Positions 40,888-51,074 of a stretch of 64,000 bases of DNA are shown here, piece by piece. Position 1 is the first letter of the stretch. Each line of letters begins with the position of its first letter. The stretch comes from Nitrosopumilus sp. (GTDB lineage: Archaea; Thermoproteota; Nitrososphaeria; Nitrososphaerales; Nitrosopumilaceae). Under the pieces are notes generated by a model. It had not been told where the DNA came from. It made no database searches and saw only the letters and a list, made by a program, of their open reading frames with translations. The stretch lies in NCBI GenBank assembly GCA_965205215.1, contig OZ242041.1, positions 1,088,001-1,152,000 on the forward strand. The letters run 5' to 3'. Position numbers and translations under genes: made by a program.

Positions 40888-42063
40888 CTATCGGCCGTCC
40901 CTCTTTGAGATCAGGACGTTCTCGAGTATCTCCCGCACCGACGCGTAGCTGCTCTCGAGCCTGGCAATGCGCTCGTGCAGGTCCTCGTTCTCCCGCTCGA
41001 TCACCCCCACCTTCTTGTCGCTTGCCTCGGCCTGCCTCTCGATGGCGCTCCGCAGTTCGGCCTCCTCTGATATGGTCAGGTTCGGCACCGCCGCCGCGTA
41101 CTGCTCCAGCAGGTACTCTTCGGGCGGCTTGTAGTAGTTCTCGGCGTGCCCCATCAGCTTTTCCACGTCGATGGTCTTCATGGTCCGCTCAGCGTTGGTC
41201 TTGAAGTACTTGCGGAACCCGTGGATCTGCTTGAACTCGTGCCCCGCCGCGCGCGCTCGCGTCTTGTTGCGCATGTTGAGCGTCTTGAGGAACCTTCCCA
41301 TCATGTTTGATATGGTCTTGGAGGCAAGGGGCGTGGCGGTGCCCGGATCCTTTCTCCGGCCCTTGCGGTACGGGTGGGTGTCCCAGGCGTCCCTTATGAG
41401 CGGCGAGTCGTCCGTCACTCTTTCGCCCGCCTCCTCGCGCATAGTCCTGTACCTGAGCAGCGCCTCGTGGCACTCGGGGCTCACAAACGTGACATACTCC
41501 TCTGCAGAGTCCCTGTACACCAGGAGGCGCGCCGCGCTAACGCCGCTGCCCTCCTTTGCGGGCACCGGCGTCACGTCTCCCCACCGCATGCCGTCAAACG
41601 CGCCCACCCTTATCCCGGAGCTTGCGCACACCAGGATGATGCACCTTGTGCGCGCGTCGGCCGCGTCCACCATGAGCCGTATCTCCTGTATGGTGGGGGC
41701 GCGGTCGCTTCCCGTCTTGCGGACGCGCGGCATTATCTTTGTGATTTTCTTCCACGATATCGCGTCCTCGGCATCGTTCATCTCAAAAAAGTGCTTGAGG
41801 GACACGACGGTCTGGTTTATCGTCGAGCCGGAGACCTCGTTTCTGCGCTCCTCCACAAAGTCTATGATGCGCCGCCGCACCCGCACCGGGTTTCTGCGCG
41901 CCTCCTCCAGCAGGTCGTCGGGCGCAATCCCGTTGGCATCCAGGAACTGGCACAGCTTGCGCGAATACCCGACCCTCGTCTCCTCGCTTTTGAACCCCTT
42001 GAGGAACTGTTGGACGGACTCTGACTTTACGTCGAGGGCCCTTGGCAGCGGCTGCCGGTACAT
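40888..42063 (-). CDS. int: Tyrosine recombinase / integrase
   Basis: SSGIRVGA, HGFRKYF, LMGH and ENYYKP catalytic motifs; C-terminal coiled coil; abuts tRNA 3' end. Confidence 0.93.
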   Translation of the reverse strand: MYRQPLPRALDVKSESVQQFLKGFKSEETRVGYSRKLCQFLDANGIAPDDLLEEARRNPVRVRRRIIDFVEERRNEVSGSTINQTVVSLKHFFEMNDAEDAISWKKITKIMPRVRKTGSDRAPTIQEIRLMVDAADARTRCIILVCASSGIRVGAFDGMRWGDVTPVPAKEGSGVSAARLLVYRDSAEEYVTFVSPECHEALLRYRTMREEAGERVTDDSPLIRDAWDTHPYRKGRRKDPGTATPLASKTISNMMGRFLKTLNMRNKTRARAAGHEFKQIHGFRKYFKTNAERTMKTIDVEKLMGHAENYYKPPEEYLLEQYAAAVPNLTISEEAELRSAIERQAEASDKKVGVIERENEDLHERIARLESSYASVREILENVLISKRDGR

Positions 42064-42113
42064 CACAACTAGTACGCATGCCCTGATTTTAAGCATTTCC
42101 GAATCATTTGTAG

Positions 42114-42209
42114 TGCAGAGAGTGGGATTTGAACCCACGAACTCCTAAGAGAAGGGATCACTTACGGATCTTGAGTCCCTCTCGGTTGACCGGGCTTCGA
42201 TATCTCTGC
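42114..42209 (-). tRNA. tRNA-Leu(CAA) with 11-nt intron at 37/38 (42159-42169)
   Basis: Acceptor GCAGAGA/TCTCTGC-A, anticodon stem AGGGA/TCCCT, long variable arm, T-arm GTGGG-TTCAAAT-CCCAC; 85 nt after intron removal. Confidence 0.93.
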
Positions 42210-42283
42210 GACTATGCGCCCGTACAGTCGCTATTTTTCAATTTCGATCCGCCCTGCTGCCCGTACCCGCCCGCAACAAAGGC

Positions 42284-42292
42284 TTATAATTA
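42284..42292 (+). promoter_or_regulatory. TATA box upstream of ssb
   Basis: AACAAAGGC-TTATAATTA ~25 nt before ATG 42313 (leaderless spacing). Confidence 0.55.
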
Positions 42293-42312
42293 CTTGCATG
42301 AAACGGGGCAGT

Positions 42313-42621
42313 ATGACAGACTACGTAACGGTCGAGCAGGCCAAAAAGATGCGCGGCGGGATTAACATCAAGACTTCCGTCAAGAGGCTGGGCGATCGAA
42401 GGACGGTGACCCTAAGGTCCGGCGAGCCCAAGGACGTGTGCGACCACATACTTGCCGACGACTCCGGCGAGATAAAGCTGACGCTCTGGGGTGACGACAT
42501 CTCCAAGGTCAAGGAGGGCGACATTGTCGAGATCATCAACGGGTACACCAAAGAGTTCCGGGGCGAGATATCGATATCTTCTGGCAAGTACGGCGAGATG
42601 AAGGTCAACCCCAGCGACTGA
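42313..42621 (+). CDS. ssb: Single OB-fold ssDNA-binding protein (SSB/RPA-like)
   Basis: LADDSGEIKLTLWG, GDIVEIINGYTKEFRGEISIS.GKYG. Confidence 0.88.
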   Translation: MTDYVTVEQAKKMRGGINIKTSVKRLGDRRTVTLRSGEPKDVCDHILADDSGEIKLTLWGDDISKVKEGDIVEIINGYTKEFRGEISISSGKYGEMKVNPSD

Positions 42622-42776
42622 CGCCTTTCTCTTCGTTCTCACATGATACCGCATGCATTCCTTCGGCCCTGGAGGGCGCCGCACGGATGCTATTGTCCAT
42701 ACGCGCGCGTACTGGAAAACGCTGCCTTGTTGTTGTTATTATTATTGCTCTGCGGCCGCCCTGCCGTCTCTGTATG

Positions 42777-43559
42777 TTATTGGGCGACCTGTTGCTGCTC
42801 TTCTACCACCCAGTCGTACCCGTCTTTTTCGAGCTTGTCTGCAAGAGCAGAGTCTCCAGTCTTTAGGATCTTGCCGTTTGCAAAGACGTGCACATAGTCG
42901 AGCTTGTCAAGGAACCTGAGTATCCTTGCATAGTGGGTTATGACTACTATGGTGGACTCGGTGCCTGACACCTGGCTTATGGCCTTTGCGACTGCCTGGA
43001 CTGCGTCGATGTCAAGTCCAGAGTCGGGCTCATCGAGTATCGATATCTTGGGCTTTAGCACGGCCATCTGCAGTACCTCGGCGCGCTTCTTCTCGCCCCC
43101 CGAGAATCCCTCGTTGAGGTATCTTGAGAGAAACTCCTCCTTTAGTCCGACCTTTTCGAGGTTCTCCCTGAGGTACTTTTGGAACTCGCGTACCGTGATG
43201 AAGACCTCGCGGTCGTCCCCCTCGAGCGCCTTGCTCAGCGAGTTGTACGCGGTGCGCAGAAAGTGCGAGAACCCGACGCCGGACACCTCCGTTGGGTATT
43301 GGAATCCCAGAAACAGTCCGCGTCTTGCACGCTCGTCGGCCTTCATGTCCAGTATGCTCTGGCCGTCAAGCAGTATGTCGCCCTGCGTCACCTCGTACTT
43401 TGGGTGCGCAAGCAGCGTGTATGCAAGCGTGCTCTTGCCGGAGCCGTTTGGGCCCATTATGGCATGGACCTGGCCCGCGCCCGTCTTGAGGTTGACCCCC
43501 TTGAGTATCTCCTTGCCGTCCCTGCTGACGTGCAGATCCTTTATCTCGAGAACCGCCAT
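42777..43559 (-). CDS. sufC: Fe-S cluster assembly ATPase SufC
   Basis: HAIMGPNGSGKST, FQYP.E, R.LNEGFSGGEKKR.E, LDEPDSGLDIDA, ITHY. Confidence 0.96.
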   Translation of the reverse strand: MAVLEIKDLHVSRDGKEILKGVNLKTGAGQVHAIMGPNGSGKSTLAYTLLAHPKYEVTQGDILLDGQSILDMKADERARRGLFLGFQYPTEVSGVGFSHFLRTAYNSLSKALEGDDREVFITVREFQKYLRENLEKVGLKEEFLSRYLNEGFSGGEKKRAEVLQMAVLKPKISILDEPDSGLDIDAVQAVAKAISQVSGTESTIVVITHYARILRFLDKLDYVHVFANGKILKTGDSALADKLEKDGYDWVVEEQQQVAQ

Positions 43560-43704
43560 TGCCGCGCGTCCTTCGCCTCGATATATAATGCAGACGGTAT
43601 TTAGCTGATCCTAATGGCGGGGGCCGGCCCTGCAGGGGGCGGCGACTGCGGCAAATCCCCCATAATGTAATAAAAAATAAAAAGTCTAGAGGTCGTATGC
43701 GCAC

Positions 43705-44679
43705 TCATCTGGTCAGCATGGCGCGCGCCGCCGTGTTTGTGGGGCGCAGGGCCACTGTGAGCTCGTAGCTTGTCAGTATCTCTCTGCAGCGGTTGCGTAT
43801 GGTGACCTCTGTCACCTCGGCCACGGTTGATATCTCCCTCTGCGGGATCCCGTACCCGAGCAGTATGGACGCCATGTACAGGTATGCTGCGGCTATCCCG
43901 CTTGGCGACTTGCCGTCCGTTATGGACGCGTTCTTGGTCTTGCCTGCCATGTCGAGGGCAAGCCTCTCCACCTTGGTATCGACCTGCGCCATGTTTGCAA
44001 ACTTTGAGATGTACTTGTCCGTGGTGACAGTCGGCGTGTTTATCTGGCCAACACCCATCACCAGGTTGCGGTAGTACTTTGCCGCCAGCCTCGTCTTGGG
44101 CTTCTTTGAGGGGCTCGTGCCGCGCGCAATCTCGTCAATGGAGCGCACGACGCCGCACTGCTTGCATGCCATGTAAAGGATGGCAGATGCAATCGCCTCT
44201 ACTGACTTGCCCTTGATGTTGGTCTGGCCGTCGATGTTCCTGTACAGTATGGACGCCGTCTCAAGCACGGTCTTTGGGAGGCCGAGGCATTCGGCCGCGG
44301 ATCCCATTACCGTCAGGGCCGCGACAAGCCTCCTCTCCTGGGGGCTTGAGACCCTGATCCGCTTCTGCCAGTTCCTGAGGTTGTTCATCTGGCTTGCGAT
44401 GCGCCTGTCTATGGCCTTGCCGCTAAAGTCCTTTGCCGACGGGCCGATTGCAGTGGTCACCCCCAGGTCGTGCTGGGCGTAGGTGTTCAGTCCGGAGGCC
44501 CTGGCGAGCCTGATCTTCTCCTCGTGCTCGGCATTGGCGTTCTCCGGCCCATAGTCTACCATGTGGCTGTCTGTTACGATACCGCATCCGGTACAGATGG
44601 TCTCGCCGTTCTGCATGTCGTCCACTAGCGGGGACCTGCATTCCCGGCAGACTTGCTGTTCTTCTCCTAGCATCTTCAT
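43705..44679 (-). CDS. tfb: Transcription initiation factor TFB
   Basis: Zn ribbon C..C...GETICTGCG, two cyclin repeats, GKSPSGIAAA, VTEVTIRNR. Confidence 0.93.
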   Translation of the reverse strand: MKMLGEEQQVCRECRSPLVDDMQNGETICTGCGIVTDSHMVDYGPENANAEHEEKIRLARASGLNTYAQHDLGVTTAIGPSAKDFSGKAIDRRIASQMNNLRNWQKRIRVSSPQERRLVAALTVMGSAAECLGLPKTVLETASILYRNIDGQTNIKGKSVEAIASAILYMACKQCGVVRSIDEIARGTSPSKKPKTRLAAKYYRNLVMGVGQINTPTVTTDKYISKFANMAQVDTKVERLALDMAGKTKNASITDGKSPSGIAAAYLYMASILLGYGIPQREISTVAEVTEVTIRNRCREILTSYELTVALRPTNTAARAMLTR

Positions 44680-44963
44680 CTTGTTCTTCTTCTCCTAGTC
44701 TTTTGCGCAAATGCCTGGGACTCGCGCTTTTCGTACTGCTCTTGGCCCGCAAAGACCGCCCTGCCGACGTACTTTTTGATGCTGTTGGTAAGGACTGCTG
44801 CTGAGGCAAACGGGCTACTGACGGGGCCGATAAGCTCCATCACCCTTGCCACGCGCGTGCCACCCTTGTCGCAGAGTATCTGGCCCTCGGGCAGAGGTTC
44901 GGATATCTGTATGATGACCCTGCCGCTGCCTGCCACGTGCAATATCTTGCCGATCTCACGCAT
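44676..44963 (-). CDS. gar1: H/ACA RNP protein Gar1/Naf1
   Basis: IGKILH...V.ELIGPVSSPF; coupled to tfb. Confidence 0.85.
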   Translation of the reverse strand: MREIGKILHVAGSGRVIIQISEPLPEGQILCDKGGTRVARVMELIGPVSSPFASAAVLTNSIKKYVGRAVFAGQEQYEKRESQAFAQKTRRRRTR

Positions 44964-45037
44964 TGCAATCGTACTGAGTGCGGCTCATTTAAGATATGGG
45001 TCGATCAAATTTGTTAGATCTAATAGCTAGTTTTGAA

Positions 45038-45370
45038 TCAGGGTTTCTGGTCGCCGGACTTTTTCTTCCTCTTTGACTTTGCGGCCCTCTTGGCGACCAG
45101 TTTCTTTGATATCATGTCAAGTATGACGCCCTTGGTTTTTCCCGCCTTTGGGAGGGATATGTATCCGGATCTAAGGTAGGGCCTCTTTGGAAGACGGGCC
45201 CTCTCATTGGTCTCTGCTATGTCCAGCCCGGCCTCTGTTGCCGCGTCGGACAGCTCCTTGAGGGATGGATCAAAGACGCACCTTGCAAGGCCCAGCTTGC
45301 GGCCCTTTGATTTTTTGAGGTTCTTGTTGAAATAGTCCAGCCACACTATGACCTGGTCGTAGTCCTTCAT
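45038..45370 (-). CDS. srp19: Signal recognition particle protein SRP19
   Basis: IVWLDYFNKNL.KSKGRK...DPSLKEL..A. Confidence 0.87.
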   Translation of the reverse strand: MKDYDQVIVWLDYFNKNLKKSKGRKLGLARCVFDPSLKELSDAATEAGLDIAETNERARLPKRPYLRSGYISLPKAGKTKGVILDMISKKLVAKRAAKSKRKKKSGDQKP

Positions 45371-47563
45371 TTCTATCCTGTATTCGGCTCCAACTTGGCG
45401 GCAAATATTTGTTTTGCAATTAACCGCTGCTTGGCGCGCTGCCCCATCGTGTGGGTTGGGGCCGGCCGTGACGGCAGGAAGATGCCGGCGGCAATTATGG
45501 CGCAGATGCCGTGGGAACTTCATATGCGGTAATATAGCGATGACGATGGCGACACCGACTGCAATAATAAAATACGTTGCCGACCGCGACGGCGATCGCG
45601 TGGAATTGGCGCTTCAGTTCTGTGACTGCCATTTCGTGGCCGCGTCCTGCACCCCCGCTCCTCGAATCGGGCCGCGCCATCCTCGACAATTATTACGCGG
45701 CCAGCCGGCCGCGTGGTGCCCTTTATTGTCACACCGAGGACAGTAAGCGGCAGTACGGCGCGGCGCATCCCGTAATTGGGGCCGGAGCCGCGCGCGAAGA
45801 ACCCCAATCATTTTTCCAAGCACCGCGCGTTAAAGGAGTTTTGAAGAGAAACCGCCTAAGAGGAACCGTCTAAGGAACCGTGCGGGCTTGGAATGTGTTT
45901 TTGATGGCGGCTGGGGAGGGGGAGGGGGAGGGAAAGGAGCAGCGGGGTGGGGGAGGGTAGAGAGAGTGGCATCTACTTCAGGACGGTCACGTCGGCTTGG
46001 TGGGCGCCTGCCGCGGCGCCGTGCCCTATCTGCCGCGGGCCTTGCCGCCTGAAAGCCGCCAAAACGCATGAAATCCGTGCGTGTTGGGCATGACTAGCAC
46101 AGTTGCTCGTGCGGCATGCCTGTTGGACTGCCGGAGGGCGGCCTGACTGGGCATGCGGGCCCCTGCAGGCCTCCGCCGTTCTTGGGAGGGCAGCCCTCTG
46201 CCGTGGATGCGGGATGGGCTGCCCTGTCATGGGATGGCGTGAGGGGCAGCCGTCCGGCCCCCAGCTCGCCGCATGCGTAACTGGACTGACGGACGTCAAG
46301 TCGGCGCAAGGGGTCTGTACTCCGTCTGCCCCCTCTTCTGGGTGAGTTCCATGACGGCTGTTATCTGGATCTGCGAACTGCAAGGCCGCGCGGCGCGTTT
46401 TTTTCAGAGATTGGTTGTAAAGAATCAGGAGGATGGAGATTATTCAAGCGCACCTGCAACCGCCATAAAAGATCCCGGCGTCTCTTCGGGCCTTTTCTGC
46501 CCTGCTTGCTGCCGTTTACAGGATCTCGTGCATCTTGTCAGATGCGGTGATCCAGCAACTGTTCCATTGATTGGCGTGATTTTCGCCGTAACGTTGCGGC
46601 CCGGATACAGCATCGTCTGTTTTTTGGATGGCGGGTATGGCATATTTTTATGATCTGCATTTGTAATTAGGTATCCGCGTGTCTGATTGTATTTTATTGA
46701 CATGGAATATTTTTAATTTGTGCAAAAGCAACGCAAGGGCCAAAATCAGCATCCGAGAAAAGACATGGTGGCATATGCGTGCGTGAATACGGAGGGAAGT
46801 CGAAGCGCTCTGCCTTGCAAGATCGTGCAGCCTGCATGCGCGCGTCTGTCCTCTATACGTGCAAGCATGAAAAATGCTCCCCGCCTGCAACAATTAGCGT
46901 CCGAGCAAAACCGTAACACGCGTGATCCGCCGATATTGTTTTGCCCACGCATTTCATATTTTTTGGACTCGCCGGATCCGAAACCGGATACTCATTCGTC
47001 TTCAAACGTGTATTTGCAAAATTTTAACCATGGATAAATTCCCGTTATGATTATTGGATACTGCCTGTTGAATCCCAAGGGCAGCTCGGCCTTGCCCGTT
47101 AATCTTGGCCTTTTTTTGATATTCGGCTTGGTGCCTTAGTCATTTGTCGGCGCATTCGTGACTACTGTCCTGCGGATGTCGCGTTTTGGCGAATTCTGCC
47201 GTATTTAGCTCCAAGCGCGGATCGTTGGCATTCCATGCCGGCCTCCTGCCTGTCTGGCAGGCGCGGACTCTTATGCTCCGCCTGCCGGCATCGGCGCAAG
47301 CATCAGAAGCTGCGCTGTGGGCGCAGTTTTGCCGTACGCGTTGCCGTACGCGTTGCCGTTGTTGTCGCTGTTGAATGAGTGATGCCGTCATGTCTAACGC
47401 GCCGTTGGGTTACGGCGTGCCTCCGGCATGGGGCAGATCCCTGTGCAGGAATGCGGGGTGCGTCCATGTCCACCCCCCTCACTCCTCCGCCCACCCACGC
47501 CCAGATTCATTCCCGCCCGCCAGCCTGCAACGTTTTTATTTTCAAACCCCGACAAGAGGCCTG

Positions 47564-47731
47564 ATGAGTAGCAAAAAGAGGTCCGCCCCACTTCCTGCGT
47601 CTAGCGGGGGGCTCATGAGATTCTTTGAGGATGAAACCAAGGGATTCAAGATAGATCCGCGAATAGTGGTGTCGATTCCCATCAGCCTTATTGTGGTGTC
47701 GTGGGCAATCGAGCTCTTTTTGGCGCCGTGA
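47564..47731 (+). CDS. secG: Preprotein translocase subunit Sec61beta
   Basis: GGLMRFFEDE...KIDP followed by one TM helix. Confidence 0.9.
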   Translation: MSSKKRSAPLPASSGGLMRFFEDETKGFKIDPRIVVSIPISLIVVSWAIELFLAP

Positions 47732-47736
47732 GCAAC

Positions 47737-49494
47737 ATGGACACACACGACCGCCCGGACGGCGAAGACGGCGTCTCTGTCATACATAACAGGTTCTCGC
47801 TTACCCTGCTGAATCCCGCATCGCATTACTTTTCGCTGGCCGCGTCGCTCGGCATCGCCGCGGCGATATCTGCGATCATACACGTGTTTTACCTGCCCGA
47901 CTCTGGAAACATCGCGGCCGTCGTATTCGCATCGGTGGCAGTCCTGTTTCTGACCCAGCTGCTCGACACCCGGTTTACGAGAAAGAAGGAGTATTCCAAG
48001 TCCCTGCACTCGTCGCTGTTTGCGAACCTGCTGTGGCTTGCGTCCCTCCTTGCCGGCGTCGCCGCCGGACTCGTGCTGGCAAAGGAGCTGACGCCGTTTT
48101 TTGTCACGCTCGGGATGTTCCTGTTTGCAAGCTTTAGAATCGGCATATACACCACCACGCTCGGCGTCTCGCTGAGGCGCGCGTGGGCCATCTCAATGGT
48201 GCAGCCCCTCGCGATGTTCCTTGTAATCGTGCCGTATGACGCGTGGGCCGACGTGCTCGGCGACCTGCTTGCGCTGGGATACGGCGTGTCGTTCATGGTC
48301 ATCGCCACCGTGTGGTCGCACCTCACCGACGTGGCCGGCCGCCCCGGCATGGAGAGCACGCACAAGACCATCCAGGCGTATCTGGCCTCGCAGGTCGACG
48401 ACTACGAGGATGCCGAGAAGATAATGGAGCAGCGCTCAAGCGAGGCCCGGGTCTCCACTGCGCAGATCCGGCTCTCGTCAAAGGACTCCGACGGCCAGTT
48501 CCACATAGTGCTGCCGGAAATCCACCCAGGCCCGTACCATCCGGTGGGCGGAAGCAACATTCCGTACCTGATATACAAGAACCTGGACTCGTCTGCCATG
48601 GTGATGCACAGCGTGTCGGACCACGCGCTGAACCTGCCGTCCAGGGCCGAGGTCGCAAACTACCTGAGGACAATCGAGGAGTGCAGCGTGACGGAGGAGG
48701 GGCTCCGTTGCACCGAGCCGGTCACGGTCACCATAAACCGCGCCCGCGTGATGTGCATCCTGTTTGGGCGGCGCCCGATACTGTTCCTGTCCCTGTCACC
48801 GCACGGAATGGAAGACGTGCCGAGCTACGTAAAGACTGAGATTGTGCAGTATGCCGAGAACCGGGATTATTCGGGGGCGATGATCGTGGACTGCCACAAC
48901 GCGATGGGCGCCACCCTCTCCGAGGACGACGGCAGGGACATGCTGGAGGCCGCAAAGTCGTGCCTTGACAACCTGGTTGCAAAGGATACCCATCCCATAG
49001 AGTTCGGCTATGCAAACTCTGATGCCATGGACATACGCGCCAACGACATGGGGCTGGGCGGCTTGGGGGTGGTCTGCCTGAAGATAAACGGCAGGAAGTT
49101 CCACATTGGATGGGCCGACGCCAACAACATGGAGAACGGGGTGCGCGAAAAGATAATCGAGCACCTCGCCTCAAAGGGGCATGAGATGCTTGAGATATGC
49201 ACGTCTGACACTCACTTTTCGCGCGTAAAGGTCAGGAACCGCAACGGGTACTACCATCTGGGGCTAGTGACCCCCGCCGAGAAGCTGTCCGGGTGGTTCG
49301 AGGAGCTGGCCTCGGCGGCCGAGCGCGACACGTCGGCGGCCTCCTACGAGATACTGGAAAACGAGGCCGTGATCCGTGTGATGGGAAGCGGCATATTTGA
49401 CGACTATTCAAAGGCGCTCGAGAACTCGCTGCGGATCACAAAGTATTTTGCTCTCGGCGGCGTAATCCTCTTTGTAACCGGGCTGTTCCTCTAG
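47737..49494 (+). CDS. DUF2070 family membrane protein
   Basis: N-terminal TMs; IHPGP...VGGSN.P, DCHN, DANNM, TSDTH. Confidence 0.87.
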   Translation: MDTHDRPDGEDGVSVIHNRFSLTLLNPASHYFSLAASLGIAAAISAIIHVFYLPDSGNIAAVVFASVAVLFLTQLLDTRFTRKKEYSKSLHSSLFANLLWLASLLAGVAAGLVLAKELTPFFVTLGMFLFASFRIGIYTTTLGVSLRRAWAISMVQPLAMFLVIVPYDAWADVLGDLLALGYGVSFMVIATVWSHLTDVAGRPGMESTHKTIQAYLASQVDDYEDAEKIMEQRSSEARVSTAQIRLSSKDSDGQFHIVLPEIHPGPYHPVGGSNIPYLIYKNLDSSAMVMHSVSDHALNLPSRAEVANYLRTIEECSVTEEGLRCTEPVTVTINRARVMCILFGRRPILFLSLSPHGMEDVPSYVKTEIVQYAENRDYSGAMIVDCHNAMGATLSEDDGRDMLEAAKSCLDNLVAKDTHPIEFGYANSDAMDIRANDMGLGGLGVVCLKINGRKFHIGWADANNMENGVREKIIEHLASKGHEMLEICTSDTHFSRVKVRNRNGYYHLGLVTPAEKLSGWFEELASAAERDTSAASYEILENEAVIRVMGSGIFDDYSKALENSLRITKYFALGGVILFVTGLFL

Positions 49495-49654
49495 GTGCAC
49501 TGCCATCTTTTTCGAATCGGCTGCAACTGGAACATTGCCGTTCGATTCGTGCCTATCGGTGTACAGATTCAGGGAAAAGTGAAATTTGGCCGGGTTGTGC
49601 GACAGAACAGGTCCTCCTGCGTCACTTATTATCTAGCGACACTGCAGACGTTAC

Positions 49655-51043
49655 GTGGCTGAAGACTACCTTCCGGCACTGCTGCTGGTTGCCGCGCTTG
49701 CGGCGGGCGCGTCATTTGTCCCGCTGTCGTATTCGGACTATCCCCCACCACTGCAGCAGATCAGGGACGACGGCGTGGATCCCGAGGACGTGCAGTGCAA
49801 CGCCGGCCTCGTACACGCGGTCCGCGCAAACGGGGCCCATGTCTGCGTGAAGGAAACTACTGCCGGGAGGCTGGGCTGGGAGATCTTCGTGACGGAGGAC
49901 GCGCAGCAAGACGGGGCGGCGCCGTCGCCAGTGGACATGCAGGCTGCTAACAACGGGTTTGCAGTCGAGTTCTACAAGAGGCTGCCCGTAGATGAAAACG
50001 CGTTCTTCTCACCCACGAGCATGTACGTTGCCTTTTCCGCCCTTTACGAGGGCGCAAAAGGCGACACTGCTGCACAGATGCAGGGCGTGTTCGGACTCGA
50101 TCCTAACGACGAGACGCGCCACAGCTCCGCGGCACACGCGATGGCATCGATAAACCGTGACGATCCGGGCGCCACGCTTGAGATGGCAAACGCCCTGTGG
50201 GTCGCCGACTGGTTCACGCTATCGCAGCCGTATCTGGATGCGGCGCGCGGAACATACCTTGCCGACGTCGAAACGGTCAACTTTGTTGCAGACGCAGCCG
50301 ACAGGATAAACCAGTGGGCGTCAGACAAGACGCACGGCAAGGTCAAAGATGTGGTCACTCGCGAGACCGTGGACTCGTTGACCGCGATGATAATAAGCAA
50401 TGCCATATACTTCAAGGGAACATGGGTAAACCAGTTCCCCGAAGATGCGACCCGTGAGTTGGATTTTTGGACAAGCGACACGGAGAACTCAAAAACCGAC
50501 TTTATGAACGTCGAGGGATCGTTTGAGTATGCGAGCTCTGATGGCGCCCACGTCCTAAAGATGCCCTATGATGGCGACAGGCTCTCAATGCTGGTCATCC
50601 TGCCGGATGAACGCAGCGGGCTGGCAGACCTGACGGAGACGTTGTCTGCAGAGCAGATATCAAAATGGTCAGAGGGACTGCAAAATAGTTCTGTGTCTGT
50701 GTCGATGCCAAAATTTGAAGTGCGCAAATCCTACGCATTAAATCCAATCCTTGTGGGCATGGGCATGACAGACGCATTCAACCCGGAACTTGCCAACCTA
50801 GGCGGCATCGGATCTGCGCCGGATGGCAAAAACTTGTACGTAGACAGCGCAGCGCAGCACACATACATCAATGTCGATGAAGAGGGAACCGAGGCAGCTG
50901 CCGTCACTACCATTGAAGTTGGAGTTACGTCGGCGCAGCCCCCAATCCCGCACTTTGCGGCCGACCACCCGTTCCTCTTTGTAATACAGGACGACGAGAC
51001 CGGCATGATACTGTTCATGGGCAGCGTTGTAGATCCAACGTAA
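49655..51043 (+). CDS. Secreted serpin
   Basis: Signal peptide; N.FFSP.S, NAIYFKG.W, MPKF, VDEEGTEAAAVT hinge, F.ADHPFLF. Confidence 0.95.
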   Translation: MAEDYLPALLLVAALAAGASFVPLSYSDYPPPLQQIRDDGVDPEDVQCNAGLVHAVRANGAHVCVKETTAGRLGWEIFVTEDAQQDGAAPSPVDMQAANNGFAVEFYKRLPVDENAFFSPTSMYVAFSALYEGAKGDTAAQMQGVFGLDPNDETRHSSAAHAMASINRDDPGATLEMANALWVADWFTLSQPYLDAARGTYLADVETVNFVADAADRINQWASDKTHGKVKDVVTRETVDSLTAMIISNAIYFKGTWVNQFPEDATRELDFWTSDTENSKTDFMNVEGSFEYASSDGAHVLKMPYDGDRLSMLVILPDERSGLADLTETLSAEQISKWSEGLQNSSVSVSMPKFEVRKSYALNPILVGMGMTDAFNPELANLGGIGSAPDGKNLYVDSAAQHTYINVDEEGTEAAAVTTIEVGVTSAQPPIPHFAADHPFLFVIQDDETGMILFMGSVVDPT

Positions 51044-51074
51044 CATATCCATGATCCAGTTTATCCTGGCAGCT

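Noticed and set aside
42064-42138. Integrase start inside the tRNA (ORF track 42138)
   Set aside because: Overlaps the tRNA T-arm; ATG 42063 with an upstream TTAAAA box is more plausible in the integrated state
46085-46380. SRP RNA or RNase P RNA near srp19
   Set aside because: Could not find the SRP helix-8 motif or the RNase P P4 consensus on either strand
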